Source: an uncultured Syntrophomonadaceae bacterium (GTDB lineage Bacteria > Bacillota > Dethiobacteria > DTU022). From it: a DNA stretch of 64,000 nt. How positions within the stretch are numbered: position 1 is the first letter of the stretch; each line of letters starts with the position of its first letter. Below, piece after piece: positions 40,504 to 50,698 of the stretch. Below the pieces are notes generated by a model that made no database searches, was not told the origin of the DNA, and saw only the letters and a program-made list of their open reading frames with translations. The position numbers and the translations under genes are program-made. Location of the stretch: contig CAYMIW010000013.1 in the NCBI GenBank assembly GCA_964390725.1, positions 9,086-73,085 of the forward strand, in the 5' to 3' direction.

Positions 40504-41082
40504 TTAGCTTAGAAATTGTTCCATTACAACCATCGCCAGACCGATAATAATGAAAAGCAATGCTGTGCCAGCTTTCAGGTATAACGGCTTTAAACGGGAG
40601 ACAATCCTGCTACCAAGGAATACAGCAAGCAGGTGATTGCATAATATTGCTGCCATAGCTCCGGCAAATACAGCAACCGGGTAGCCTGTTCCCGCAGCCA
40701 GCATCATTGTTGCAAGCTGGCTTTTGTCACCGAATTCAGCTAAAAAAACCAGGCACATAGTCGGCAGCAAACCACCCCTGCAATTTACCGGATCCTCTTT
40801 CTTTTCCCGACGGAAACCGTAATAAAGGCCGATTAAAATAAATATCAGGCCGGCGATAACCGAAACAAGGTTGTGGGGAATGTATTTATAGATAAAACTC
40901 CCGGCAATAACCGCCAACCCCATTACCGCGCCCATGGCAATTAAAGCTCCACTCAGAACCTGTGGCGCTGGATAACGACAGGCCATAGTCATGGTTATCA
41001 GTTGGGTTTTATCACCAAATTCTGCAACAAATACTGCTAAAAACGCAGCTACTGCTGCTGCTATCAATAGTAGCACCACCAA
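40504..41082 (-). CDS. UPF0016 (GDT1/TMEM165/MneA-like) cation transporter.
   Basis: 192 aa with two repeats, each carrying an E-x-G-D-K-(T/S) motif (AEFGDKTQ and AEFGDKSQ). Confidence 0.7.
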   Translation of the reverse strand: MVVLLLIAAAVAAFLAVFVAEFGDKTQLITMTMACRYPAPQVLSGALIAMGAVMGLAVIAGSFIYKYIPHNLVSVIAGLIFILIGLYYGFRREKKEDPVNCRGGLLPTMCLVFLAEFGDKSQLATMMLAAGTGYPVAVFAGAMAAILCNHLLAVFLGSRIVSRLKPLYLKAGTALLFIIIGLAMVVMEQFLS

Positions 41083-41169
41083 AAATTGATTTATTCAGGA
41101 ACCTGGGACAATAAGGTTGATTAGTATTTTGTGATCTTCACAAAAATTTTAACCAAATCATCCAACCTT

Positions 41170-42555
41170 TCAGCTACTACTCCTGAAAAAGTTTTTAATC
41201 TTCATTTTCAGGCGTTTAAATTTCACCCGGGGATCATTTCGCTTAAGCTGAAGATAAACAGGGGAATCGGCTGAAGGCACCGGGATCACTCCCAGGGTCG
41301 CACCCCGCTGCAGCAGGTAGCGAAAACTACTTCTATTTAACTTTGACTGAAAGGATTCGCCTTTTTCTCCTTCGTCTTGATTCTTTTTCTTCAAAATAAG
41401 CGAGAAAGTCTCATTTTTGCGGTATCCTTCCAACAAAACCAAAAAGTAGCTTTCTTCAATTTTACGTAACAGCTCTTCTCCCCCGTTGACCTGGTCGGAA
41501 TTGATCCTGGTAATTCTGTCTCCCGTTTGTAATCCTGCTTCTTCAGCTGCTGATCCGGGTATTACCATAAGAAGGGTTACACCCTGATCATCAACCTCAT
41601 AACAGGGAGTTTTTTTAGTATCCAGCTTCTTACTATACAGGATAAGCAGCTCATGACCCAATGGAGCAAAGATAACTCCCGGTAAAACCAGGAATGACAA
41701 GTACTCTGAAGAGATAGCAATAATGAGCAGTATAATGCTGTATAATGCCAGCCACTTGGATGAAAATAGTGTTTTAACCCGGGGTCCCGCAGTAAAGGCC
41801 AGGTCGGAATAACCAAGCCCGGCTGCCACCGGGATAACCATGTATTGAAGGCTCTGCCCTTCACCGGGCTGAATAACAGATTTAAGAATCGGCCACCAAT
41901 CCGGCATGGAAACACCGACAATTTCAGTCTGGGCTACTACAGTTACCAGTAAGGCTACAAGGGGGAGCGGCCAAAATCGCTGCAATGTAAAAGCTCCCAC
42001 AACTTTTCCATCATCCTGCTTCAGGTAAATCGGGCTGCTGCCCCAGTGGCCGCCAATATAGATCAGCATAGCTTCAACAAGGTGCAGCAAACCTATTAAA
42101 ACCAGCAGCGCCGGTATATGAATCTTCAACAGGGAATCAATTATTCCCAACTCGATCAACCCGGGGAAAATCGGCAGCATTATATATTTCACCAGGAGTA
42201 CAGCAACCGCTACTATTCCACCGGCATAAGAAAAACAGAGATAGCGCGGGTTGATCAGTAGCAGCAAAAGGGCAACCGGCCAAATAAAATAAAGACCTAT
42301 TTGCTCCAGGGAAAGACCAAGCAAAACCAGGATGACCGAAGCAATAAAACCTCCCAGGAGCCCCAACCCCAGCGAGGTAAGCATTTGCCTGCCAATGGGG
42401 TTTATTACTCGTCCATACAAACTTTCCTCGGTTGCAGCCACCCGGCGGTATTGCAAAAATACCAGGAACAGGACAATCCAGAAAATTGGCATTATCAGGG
42501 TCAGCGCAAAGGTTGCCAGGAATATCTGACCTATGTCAAAGATAAACTGCACCAC
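41170..42555 (-). CDS. Polytopic membrane protein with a C-terminal PDZ domain.
   Basis: 461 aa. Multiple TM helices, then GSAAEEAGLQTGDRITRINSDQV, which is a PDZ motif. Confidence 0.5.
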   Translation of the reverse strand: MVQFIFDIGQIFLATFALTLIMPIFWIVLFLVFLQYRRVAATEESLYGRVINPIGRQMLTSLGLGLLGGFIASVILVLLGLSLEQIGLYFIWPVALLLLLINPRYLCFSYAGGIVAVAVLLVKYIMLPIFPGLIELGIIDSLLKIHIPALLVLIGLLHLVEAMLIYIGGHWGSSPIYLKQDDGKVVGAFTLQRFWPLPLVALLVTVVAQTEIVGVSMPDWWPILKSVIQPGEGQSLQYMVIPVAAGLGYSDLAFTAGPRVKTLFSSKWLALYSIILLIIAISSEYLSFLVLPGVIFAPLGHELLILYSKKLDTKKTPCYEVDDQGVTLLMVIPGSAAEEAGLQTGDRITRINSDQVNGGEELLRKIEESYFLVLLEGYRKNETFSLILKKKNQDEGEKGESFQSKLNRSSFRYLLQRGATLGVIPVPSADSPVYLQLKRNDPRVKFKRLKMKIKNFFRSSS

Positions 42556-42559
42556 TTAG

Positions 42560-44050
42560 CTATTCCCCTCCCAAAACTGTCCACAATCCAGGTTTATCAA
42601 ACATGTCAAGAGCATAATTCAACTGTTCATCATTTTCACCGGCTGCCCGGTCGAGGGCTTCTCTCAATACAACCCAGGTTTGATCATTAAAGGTACCGCT
42701 ACCGGCAAGTCCGCCATCTTCCTGGAAAGCGGTAAGAGCAATCCTCGTCTGGGTATCAAAGAAACCGGTTACCTTAATGTTGTAATCAAGCTGCTCTAGC
42801 ATTAACTGCAACATCTCTACATCCGGTCCAAAATCCCCCTCTTCAAGACTTCCCGGGAAAAAGTAGCGATAATAACGGAGGATTTCCGGCATCTCCACTT
42901 CGAAATCAGGCTCTATACCGTGCTTGTGAATATCATGGCCGGAAGGTGTAAAATACCTGGCCATGGTTAAGAGTATGGCATTTTCACCCGAGAGCTGGGC
43001 CAGCTGCTGAACTGAAGCCTTGCCGAAAGTAGTTTTTCCTACCAGCAGGGCAGCACCACGATCCTGCAGGGCCCCGGCCAGCAGTTCAGCCGAACTGGCT
43101 GAATCCTCATTGATCAGCACCGCTATCGGGTATGGTTTCTTTTCCGCGCTGGAATAGTAAATTGTCTTAACTTCGTCGTTGCGACCGACCAACCTGACGA
43201 TTTCTCCTTCGGGAACTAACAGCTTAGCCACTTCCACTGCCTGATCAACCAAGCCCCCTGGATTATTACGCAGGTCAATAATCAACCCTTTGTTCAATCC
43301 GCTTTGCTCCATCTGGTTAAATTTACCACTGAATTCATTAAAAGTATTGCTGTCAAAACTCTCAATTCTAATATAACCGAGACCATCGGAAAGCATCTCA
43401 CCAAAAACTGTTCCGATACTAATCTCTTCCCGATCTACCAGCAGGCTGATCGGATCATCCGCACCCGGTCTTTTAACCAAAACCTCAACCATGGTGCCAT
43501 CAGGACCTCTCAGTAACTCAACCGCACGGTTGAGACCCTGCCCGGTCAGTTCATGACCATCAGCTTCAAGAAGGCGATCTCCAGGCATTAATCCTTTTCT
43601 GGCAGCTGGAGACTCCGGAAAGGTTTCATAGACAACGATATTCTGGTAAGCCTCAATAATACGAACACCAATACCGCTGTACGAACCCCTGGTTTCACTG
43701 ATAAACTCTTCAAGTTCAACCGGATCATAAAACCTGACCTGGGGATCTTCCAGGCTTTGAACCATACCTTTTACAGCGCCTTCAATCAAGTGCTGCTTAT
43801 CTACGGGGTCATAATAATAATTAGAGATCACATCAATTGCTTCAAAAATGATCACCGCATCAGGATCAACCTGGTTGGCTGCGGGTTCATACCTGATAAC
43901 TGTAGATGACTGATCTCCACCAGTGTCGGTGTCGTTATTTCGCATAGCCGAATAATAGGTAATCATGTTAGTTGCGATTAATACCACAACAAATATAATC
44001 AGCAAGATAAAGATTGTTTTTCTACTGCTGTTTTCTGTCATTGTTAACAT
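42560..44050 (-). CDS. ctpB: Carboxy-terminal processing protease (S41) with a PDZ domain and a C-terminal peptidoglycan-binding domain.
   Basis: 496 aa with a PDZ domain, an S41 core and a C-terminal PG_binding_1-like repeat. Confidence 0.8.
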   Translation of the reverse strand: MLTMTENSSRKTIFILLIIFVVVLIATNMITYYSAMRNNDTDTGGDQSSTVIRYEPAANQVDPDAVIIFEAIDVISNYYYDPVDKQHLIEGAVKGMVQSLEDPQVRFYDPVELEEFISETRGSYSGIGVRIIEAYQNIVVYETFPESPAARKGLMPGDRLLEADGHELTGQGLNRAVELLRGPDGTMVEVLVKRPGADDPISLLVDREEISIGTVFGEMLSDGLGYIRIESFDSNTFNEFSGKFNQMEQSGLNKGLIIDLRNNPGGLVDQAVEVAKLLVPEGEIVRLVGRNDEVKTIYYSSAEKKPYPIAVLINEDSASSAELLAGALQDRGAALLVGKTTFGKASVQQLAQLSGENAILLTMARYFTPSGHDIHKHGIEPDFEVEMPEILRYYRYFFPGSLEEGDFGPDVEMLQLMLEQLDYNIKVTGFFDTQTRIALTAFQEDGGLAGSGTFNDQTWVVLREALDRAAGENDEQLNYALDMFDKPGLWTVLGGE

Positions 44051-44121
44051 CTCCTGTAAAAATATGCTACATTACTATAACTTATTAACGAAAATGCCTT
44101 CCTATAATCATACCATATATG

Positions 44122-44167
44122 GGCAAAAAAAGTTAAACCACCCTGCTATACTGTCAGAGTGGTTAAC
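44122..44167 (-). terminator. Rho-independent terminator downstream of asnS.
   Basis: On the minus strand, the hairpin GTTAACCACTCTG...CAGGGTGGTTTAAC is followed by TTTTTTT. Confidence 0.4.
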
Positions 44168-44193
44168 ATTATCAAATTTATTAAATTGATGCT

Positions 44194-45588
44194 TTAAAAC
44201 TCGCAGGAATTAACGGTCCGTGGAAAGGGAATTACATCCCTGATATTAGCCACCCCGGTCAGGTACATCAGTGCCCTTTCAAAGCCCAGTCCGAACCCGG
44301 CATGTTTAACCCCGCCAAAATGCCTTAAATCAAGATACCATTGGAGATCGTCAGGGTTGATATTAAATTCGGCCATTCTTTCAATCAATTTTTCGGGGCG
44401 TTCTTCCCTCTGGCTGCCGCCGATTATCTCACCAACACCGGGCGCCAGCAGGTCCATGGCAGCAACAGTTTTCTGATCATCATTTAAACGCATATAAAAC
44501 GCCTTGATCTCCTTCGGATAGTCGGTTACAAAAACCGGGCGTCCAAACTCTCTTTCCGAAAGATAACGTTCATGCTCTGTCTGCAGATCACGGCCCCAAT
44601 CCACCGGGTATTCAAATTTTTCGCCAGACTTTTGGAGTAAACTAATTGCCTCACTGTATGTAATGCGAGCAAATTCTGCTTTTACAATACTCTCGAGTCT
44701 GTCTTTTAAGCCTTTATCTACATACTGGCTGAAAAATGCCATCTCTTCAGGAGCATTCTCTAACAGGTGTGAAATCAGATATTTAACCATATCTTCGGCA
44801 AGATCCATATTGTCCTGAAGATCGGCAAAAGCTATCTCGGGCTCGATCATCCAAAACTCTGCAGCATGCCTGGGAGTGTTGGAGTTTTCTGCCCGAAATG
44901 TAGGGCCAAAGGTATATACTTTACGGAAAGCCATGGCAAAGGCTTCTGCTTCAAGCTGCCCACTAACAGTCAGGTTGGTTTTCTTGCCGAAAAAGTCCTC
45001 ACTAAAATCAACTATATTTTCTTCAGTAAGCGGAGGAGAGAGCGGGTTCAGTGTAGTTACCCTGAAAATCTCGCCCGCACCCTCTGCATCATTAGCAGTA
45101 ATAATGGGAGCGTGCATATTAACAAATCCTCTCTCCTGAAAAAAACTGTGCACGGCAAACGATAAGATCGATCTCACCCTGAAAACAGCAGTAAACAGGT
45201 TTGTCCGGGGACGCAGGTGAGCTACTTCTCTTAAATATTCCCTGCTGTGCCTTTTAGGCTGGATGGGATAATCAGGAGAAGAATCCCCTTCAACTATCAC
45301 TGCATCAGCTTTAATTTCAAAAGGTTGCCTTGCATCGGGAGTCAATACCAGGCGTCCGCTTACCGAAATTGCTGCCCCCACCCCGAGTCTGGCTATGTAA
45401 TCATAATCATCAAGAGACTCCCGTTCATATACTACCTGGACAGGATTGAAAAAGGTTCCGTCATTAAGAGCAATAAAACCGAACGATTTTTGGTCGCGAT
45501 TACTCCTGATCCAACCGCTTACAACCACTTCACGGTCATTGTAAGACTCTGCACAACCATAGATCTGCTTCACTGTTACACTATTCAT
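44194..45588 (-). CDS. asnS: Asparaginyl-tRNA synthetase.
   Basis: 464 aa with an OB-fold N-terminus and class II aaRS motifs. Confidence 0.9.
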   Translation of the reverse strand: MNSVTVKQIYGCAESYNDREVVVSGWIRSNRDQKSFGFIALNDGTFFNPVQVVYERESLDDYDYIARLGVGAAISVSGRLVLTPDARQPFEIKADAVIVEGDSSPDYPIQPKRHSREYLREVAHLRPRTNLFTAVFRVRSILSFAVHSFFQERGFVNMHAPIITANDAEGAGEIFRVTTLNPLSPPLTEENIVDFSEDFFGKKTNLTVSGQLEAEAFAMAFRKVYTFGPTFRAENSNTPRHAAEFWMIEPEIAFADLQDNMDLAEDMVKYLISHLLENAPEEMAFFSQYVDKGLKDRLESIVKAEFARITYSEAISLLQKSGEKFEYPVDWGRDLQTEHERYLSEREFGRPVFVTDYPKEIKAFYMRLNDDQKTVAAMDLLAPGVGEIIGGSQREERPEKLIERMAEFNINPDDLQWYLDLRHFGGVKHAGFGLGFERALMYLTGVANIRDVIPFPRTVNSCEF

Positions 45589-45719
45589 TTTTGTCCTCCT
45601 TGACTATATAACAAGATCCGGGGATGTTTACTGCAAACAACTCAGGCAATAAAAAGGAGCCGGCGATTTGCTTGAACAAACCTCAGGCCCCCATAAACTT
45701 CAATCGGTAGGGATACCTG

Positions 45720-46919
45720 TTAAAAATAATTCATTGGGTTGTAGCGATAATCCGCTCCCCCGCTGGGATAAGTCCGCACAGCAGGTTTGTTGAATTCTCT
45801 TACTTCAAAATGAAGGTGAACACCGGTACTGTAACCGGTTGTGCCTGCCCGGCCGATTCGCTGTCCCCTGGTGACAATATCGCCAACCTTAACCAGCAAA
45901 CTGCTCATGTGGGCATAGAGAGTTACCGTGCCTCCGCCATGATCGACCATAATACAGTTGCCGTATCCACCATTCCACCCGGAGAAAATTACCTTACCTT
46001 CTTCTGCGGCAATTATATAATTGGCAGCCCCATTGTGTGGAGCCATGTCTACTCCACCGTGCCAGGCCTGCGCACCGCTGAATGGATCCCTTCGCCAACC
46101 ATAACCGGAAGAAATCCAGGTTGGCGCTTCAATAGGATAATGAAGTACTCCGTGCAGGCCGGAAAACTGGCTGGCTGCTTCAGCAAGGAGTTTACGAATT
46201 ACTTCGTCTAACTGCTGCGCTTCATTTTCAAGATCCTGAATCGCTTTCATGTTCAGGGCTATTTCTCCCTGCAAATCTGTTAAAATTATATTGCGATCCC
46301 CGGCTGCCCGCTCCAGTTCATTTTCATTGGCTGCCACCTGGGCGCGCATATTTTCGAGATTGCGTTTCTTTGCCTCCAGCTCTTCTTTCCAGGTGTGAAT
46401 AATATCTCTTTCATCCTGGATTTCTTCTATTAATCGCAGGTCGTTGCCGGCAATTAAACTTAAATTATGCAAGCGGGTTAAAAAATCTGAAAAACTGCTT
46501 GATTCAAAAAGTACTTCCACGTAAGAAATAACCCCGTGTTGTTGTATAGCTCTCAGACGAAGTTTAAGCAAATCTTCCTGGTAACGAAGCTGTTCTTCAG
46601 CCTCAGCAAGCTCTTCTTCAACCTGGCCAATCTCTCCTTCTACCACAGCGATATCACCGGCCAGACGTTCCTGTTCCTGCCTCAGCTCATGAATACGCGT
46701 CTCCAGCTGCTGAAGTTCTTCCTGCAGGGCAGCTTCACGGTTTAACCGCTGTTCCAGAGCGCTTCTTTCTTCCCTTTGTCTTTTCTCTAATTCTTCCAGT
46801 TCCTGTTGTCTGGTTTCAATTTCTTCAGTGAGGTTGGCGTATACGGGCAGCGTAGAAGAAACGATCAGGAAAAACGCCAGGATCAAGTAAATGAACCATC
46901 TTAAGATACCGGTTTTCAT
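45720..46919 (-). CDS. M23-family peptidoglycan metalloendopeptidase with an N-terminal coiled coil (EnvC-like).
   Basis: 399 aa: a signal/TM segment, a long coiled coil, then a C-terminal LytM domain (HGGVDMA...HLHFEV). Confidence 0.8.
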   Translation of the reverse strand: MKTGILRWFIYLILAFFLIVSSTLPVYANLTEEIETRQQELEELEKRQREERSALEQRLNREAALQEELQQLETRIHELRQEQERLAGDIAVVEGEIGQVEEELAEAEEQLRYQEDLLKLRLRAIQQHGVISYVEVLFESSSFSDFLTRLHNLSLIAGNDLRLIEEIQDERDIIHTWKEELEAKKRNLENMRAQVAANENELERAAGDRNIILTDLQGEIALNMKAIQDLENEAQQLDEVIRKLLAEAASQFSGLHGVLHYPIEAPTWISSGYGWRRDPFSGAQAWHGGVDMAPHNGAANYIIAAEEGKVIFSGWNGGYGNCIMVDHGGGTVTLYAHMSSLLVKVGDIVTRGQRIGRAGTTGYSTGVHLHFEVREFNKPAVRTYPSGGADYRYNPMNYF

Positions 46920-46960
46920 TACCTACTTCCTCCCTGTTATCATAAATCTTTATATTATCT

Positions 46961-47890
46961 CTATACTCGCAAAAACCTGCCCATCGAAAAGGCACTGCCC
47001 AGAATGCCCAGAATTGTCCCCAGGGGCACCAGATACTTTGCTAATTCCATCATAACCTGCTCTACAGGAAGTAGACTGAGAAACAGCAGGTTGTTCAAAG
47101 TTACCCACTCCACAGAGTGGATGTAGATATAATAAAGGGCAAGCAAGGGCAGTACTGCTCCGAAAAAACCCATGAACAAACCTTCCAATATAAAAGGCCA
47201 GCGGATAAACCAATTTGTTGCTCCCACATATTTCATAATCGCTATTTCTTTCTTACGCATCATCACGGTCAGCTTTATCGTATGTGAAATCAAAAACACT
47301 GCCGTGATAGCCAATCCGGCCATCAATGCCAGAACGACAAGCTGGATTACCTGGGTAACAGAAAACAGGTTTTCTACATACCCTTTCCCGTAAAAAACAT
47401 TGGAAACACCAGGGTATGTTTCAAACTCCGCTGCCAGGTCAGCTACAGTTTCAGGCACAATTGTTTTAACTTCGTAAGAAGCCAGGAGAGGATTATCCAG
47501 TTCACTGTCATAACCCTCCAACATCCCGCCAAGTTGAGGGCGCAGCCGGCTCATGTGCTCTTCACTGGAAACATAGTGCACTTCGGCAACACCTTGATGG
47601 GCACCAATCCGCTCCCCCAGCTCGGTTTGCTGATCGCTGGTTGCAAATTCATCGATAAATACCACAATTTCGACCTGTTCCCTGACGGTATCAGTAATGT
47701 GCCCCACGTTTAAAGTAACCATCATGAAAAGGCCAAGCATTAATAGTGTAACAACAACAACTCCTGTTGAAGTTATACACATCCAGCGGTTTCTGTATAA
47801 ACCTTTAAACGTCTCACCTATGACATATATAAAGCCACTAATGAACATGGGAATAAAACCCCTTTTGCTCATCACCAACCAGTCGACCAC
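46961..47890 (-). CDS. ftsX: Cell-division ABC-like permease FtsX.
   Basis: 309 aa with four TM helices and a large extracellular loop. It sits immediately downstream of ftsE. Confidence 0.85.
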   Translation of the reverse strand: MVDWLVMSKRGFIPMFISGFIYVIGETFKGLYRNRWMCITSTGVVVVTLLMLGLFMMVTLNVGHITDTVREQVEIVVFIDEFATSDQQTELGERIGAHQGVAEVHYVSSEEHMSRLRPQLGGMLEGYDSELDNPLLASYEVKTIVPETVADLAAEFETYPGVSNVFYGKGYVENLFSVTQVIQLVVLALMAGLAITAVFLISHTIKLTVMMRKKEIAIMKYVGATNWFIRWPFILEGLFMGFFGAVLPLLALYYIYIHSVEWVTLNNLLFLSLLPVEQVMMELAKYLVPLGTILGILGSAFSMGRFLRV

Positions 47891-48527
47891 TTTCGAGATA
47901 CATGACTCGTTTCTTAAACTTATCTACAATATCGCGATTATGAGTCGCTACCAGGACAGTTGTCCCCCTGAGGTTTATGCTGCGCAGCAGGTTCATGATA
48001 TCAAGGGTTGTTCCGGGATCCAGATTCCCTGTGGGTTCATCTGCAATAATCATCGCCGGACGATTGGCGATTGCCCTGGCCAAGCCCACCCGCTGCTGTT
48101 CGCCTCCTGAAAGATCACAGATCCTGGCGTCACCTTTCCCCTGAAGACCGACCAGCCCTAAAACATGGGGAACCCGTTTACGAATTTCACGCCGCGTAGC
48201 CCCGGTTACCATCATGGCAAAAGCAACATTGTCATATGCTGTTCTGTCTTCGATTAGACGAAAATCCTGGAACACCATACCAATATTACGCCTCAGGTAA
48301 GGCAACCGGTGTCTTGGTAACTTTCCCACGTCTCTGCCAAAAATTTTAAGAGTGCCTTCTGAAGGTATCAATTCCCTGATTATCAGCTTCAGCAGGGTCG
48401 ATTTACCAGCCCCGCTTGAACCGACGAAAAATACAAACTCGCCACGATCAATAAAAAAAGATACATCTTCCAGGGCATTATCCCCGTTTTTTGTGTATTT
48501 CATGCACAAATCTTTTGCTTCAACCAT
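47838..48527 (-). CDS. ftsE: Cell-division ATP-binding protein FtsE.
   Basis: 229 aa. Walker A GSSGAGKST and signature LSGGEQQR. Confidence 0.9.
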   Translation of the reverse strand: MVEAKDLCMKYTKNGDNALEDVSFFIDRGEFVFFVGSSGAGKSTLLKLIIRELIPSEGTLKIFGRDVGKLPRHRLPYLRRNIGMVFQDFRLIEDRTAYDNVAFAMMVTGATRREIRKRVPHVLGLVGLQGKGDARICDLSGGEQQRVGLARAIANRPAMIIADEPTGNLDPGTTLDIMNLLRSINLRGTTVLVATHNRDIVDKFKKRVMYLESGRLVGDEQKGFYSHVH

Positions 48528-48685
48528 GCAGTCAGACCTTCCTGCAATTACTTTACATAATGTTTTTCTACAGTTAATATATTCTTCCTGCTAGACATAT
48601 TAATGTATTTTTACTTATTTTGCAAATTATTCATAAGTCACCGGGACACTGATCAAGTTGATAGCCAGTTATGTTTTAAATAATT

Positions 48686-49558
48686 CTAATGCTGCTGTAA
48701 TTTTTTAAATCCTTCACCATGAACCTCGGTAGCATTGCCAATGATAACAAAAGCGCCCGGGTCAACCTCATGAATAATCTCCTTCAGCCTGGTAATCTGC
48801 TGCCTGGTAATGACACAGAGCAGGACTTCCCTTGTTTCACGGGTGTATCCACCTGAACCCTCCAACCAGGTCACACCGCGTCCCAGTTCATGAAGAAGTC
48901 TTTCATTAATTGCTTCACCGTTCCGGGTTATAATGATCACCGACTTAGCCAGGCCTAGACCTTCAAGTATGGCATCAATCACCTTGACACTGACGAATAG
49001 TGATAGCGCTGCATACATTGCTGCTTCACTTCCGAAAACAAACACAGCCAGGGCCAGAACAATTAAATCTCCCCAGAGCATGGCCTGCCCCGGACTGATA
49101 CCCCATTTTTTTGCAAGAATCAAAGATAACAGGCTGGTTCCCCCGGTTGAACCACGGTAACGAAACACTAACCCCGAGCCAACCCCCATCACTACCCCGC
49201 CATAAACAGCCGCAAGTAGCAAATCATTGGTAGCAGGAGGAAGCAGGTGTGCAGTCACTTCCAGGGCCAGCGAAAAGAGTACAGTACCCAGCAGGCTCTG
49301 CATAACAATACGCGGACCCAGTATCAGGTAACCGGCAACAAAAAGAGGGATGTTTAAGATTATTACTGTTATACCAACAGGTGAACTAATCAGGTAGTGA
49401 AGAACCACCGCCAGACCGCTGATTCCACCGGGAGCCAGCATATTCGGCACCATGAACATATTGTAGCCGACAGCAAGAATAACTGCTCCGGCCGTGATAC
49501 CGGAAAAGTCAAGCAATACCGTTTTCAAACCCTTCTTGTCGACTTTAATTTTTTTCAT
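48686..49558 (-). CDS. YitT-family membrane protein (DUF161 plus DUF2179).
   Basis: 290 aa, five TM helices and a C-terminal soluble domain. Confidence 0.7.
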   Translation of the reverse strand: MKKIKVDKKGLKTVLLDFSGITAGAVILAVGYNMFMVPNMLAPGGISGLAVVLHYLISSPVGITVIILNIPLFVAGYLILGPRIVMQSLLGTVLFSLALEVTAHLLPPATNDLLLAAVYGGVVMGVGSGLVFRYRGSTGGTSLLSLILAKKWGISPGQAMLWGDLIVLALAVFVFGSEAAMYAALSLFVSVKVIDAILEGLGLAKSVIIITRNGEAINERLLHELGRGVTWLEGSGGYTRETREVLLCVITRQQITRLKEIIHEVDPGAFVIIGNATEVHGEGFKKLQQH

Positions 49559-49567
49559 TGCTACCTC

Positions 49568-50690
49568 CTATTTCCTGATCGGAATCTTTCCGCGGGCCTT
49601 CCAGCGAAGAAAAGCCTCAATAAAGGGATCAAGCTTGCCATCCATAACTGCTTCTACCTGGCCTACCTCTGCCCCGGTGCGGTGATCTTTAACCAGGGTG
49701 AAAGGGTGAAATGTGTATGTACGAATTTGACTGCCAAATCCGATCTCCCTCTGATGACCCCGTTCTGCATTGATCTGCTCTTCCTGCTCCTGCCTGTGCA
49801 ATTCGGCCAATCTGGCCTGCAGAACACGCATTGCCTGTTGACGGTTACTGTGCTGTGACCGATCATTCTGGCATGATACAACTATGCCGGTCGGGATATG
49901 GGTAATCCGCACTGCTGAGTCAGTTTTATTAACATGCTGACCACCCGCTCCACTGGCTCGGTACGTATCTATTTTCAGATCATCAGGGTTTATTACCAGC
50001 TCTTCCTCTTCTACTTCCGGAATTACATCAACTGAAGCAAAAGATGTATGGCGTCTCTTAGATGTATCAAATGGGGAAATTCGGATCATACGATGTACGC
50101 CTTTTTCCGCCTGCAGGTAGCCATAAGCGGCATGGCCTCGAACAATAAACGTAGCACTTTTTATACCGGCTTCATCATCATTGAGAATATCAACCAGTTC
50201 CACCTGGTAATCTTTCTGTTCACACCAGCGCAAATACATGCGCAGCAGCATCTCAGCCCAATCCTGAGATTCCAACCCTCCGGCACCGGGGTGCAGCGAT
50301 ACAATTGCATCGCAAAAATCATATCTTCCGCTGAAAAGTGTTTCAAGCTCCAAAGAGTCAAGCATTTCACCAATTTTTTCAATCAAGGGGCCAACTTCTT
50401 TACAGACCTCCGAGCCTGCATTTTCATCTTCGGCAGCCAATTCCAGGAACACCCCGGCTTCTTCTACCAGCTGGTCAATATCCTGGATTGGCCGAAGCTG
50501 TTCCCGCAGAGCTCCCTGCTTCTTCATTACCTCCTGGGCTTCGGAACTATCATCCCAGAAATCAGGTTTAGCAGCCTGTTTCTCCAGATCGTTCAGCTTT
50601 ATCAGCTTATGATCATATTCAAAGAGAAGCCCTCATTTCTTCAAGCCGCTCCTGCTGAGCAACCAGTATATCGCCATACTCTTTCAGCAT
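49568..50690 (-). CDS. prfB: Peptide chain release factor 2, requiring a programmed +1 frameshift.
   Basis: Frame 0 reads MLKEYGDILVAQQERLEEMRASL, then the CTT TGA slippery stop. The +1 frame continues EYDHKLIKLNDLEKQ...MKKQGALREQL... to the GGQ motif and the C-terminus. Confidence 0.9.
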
Positions 50691-50698
50691 AAAAGCAC

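Noticed and set aside
45589-45719. A possible T-box leader upstream of asnS.
   Set aside because: The upstream gap is only about 130 nt, and no specifier-loop, T-box or antiterminator motif is visible.
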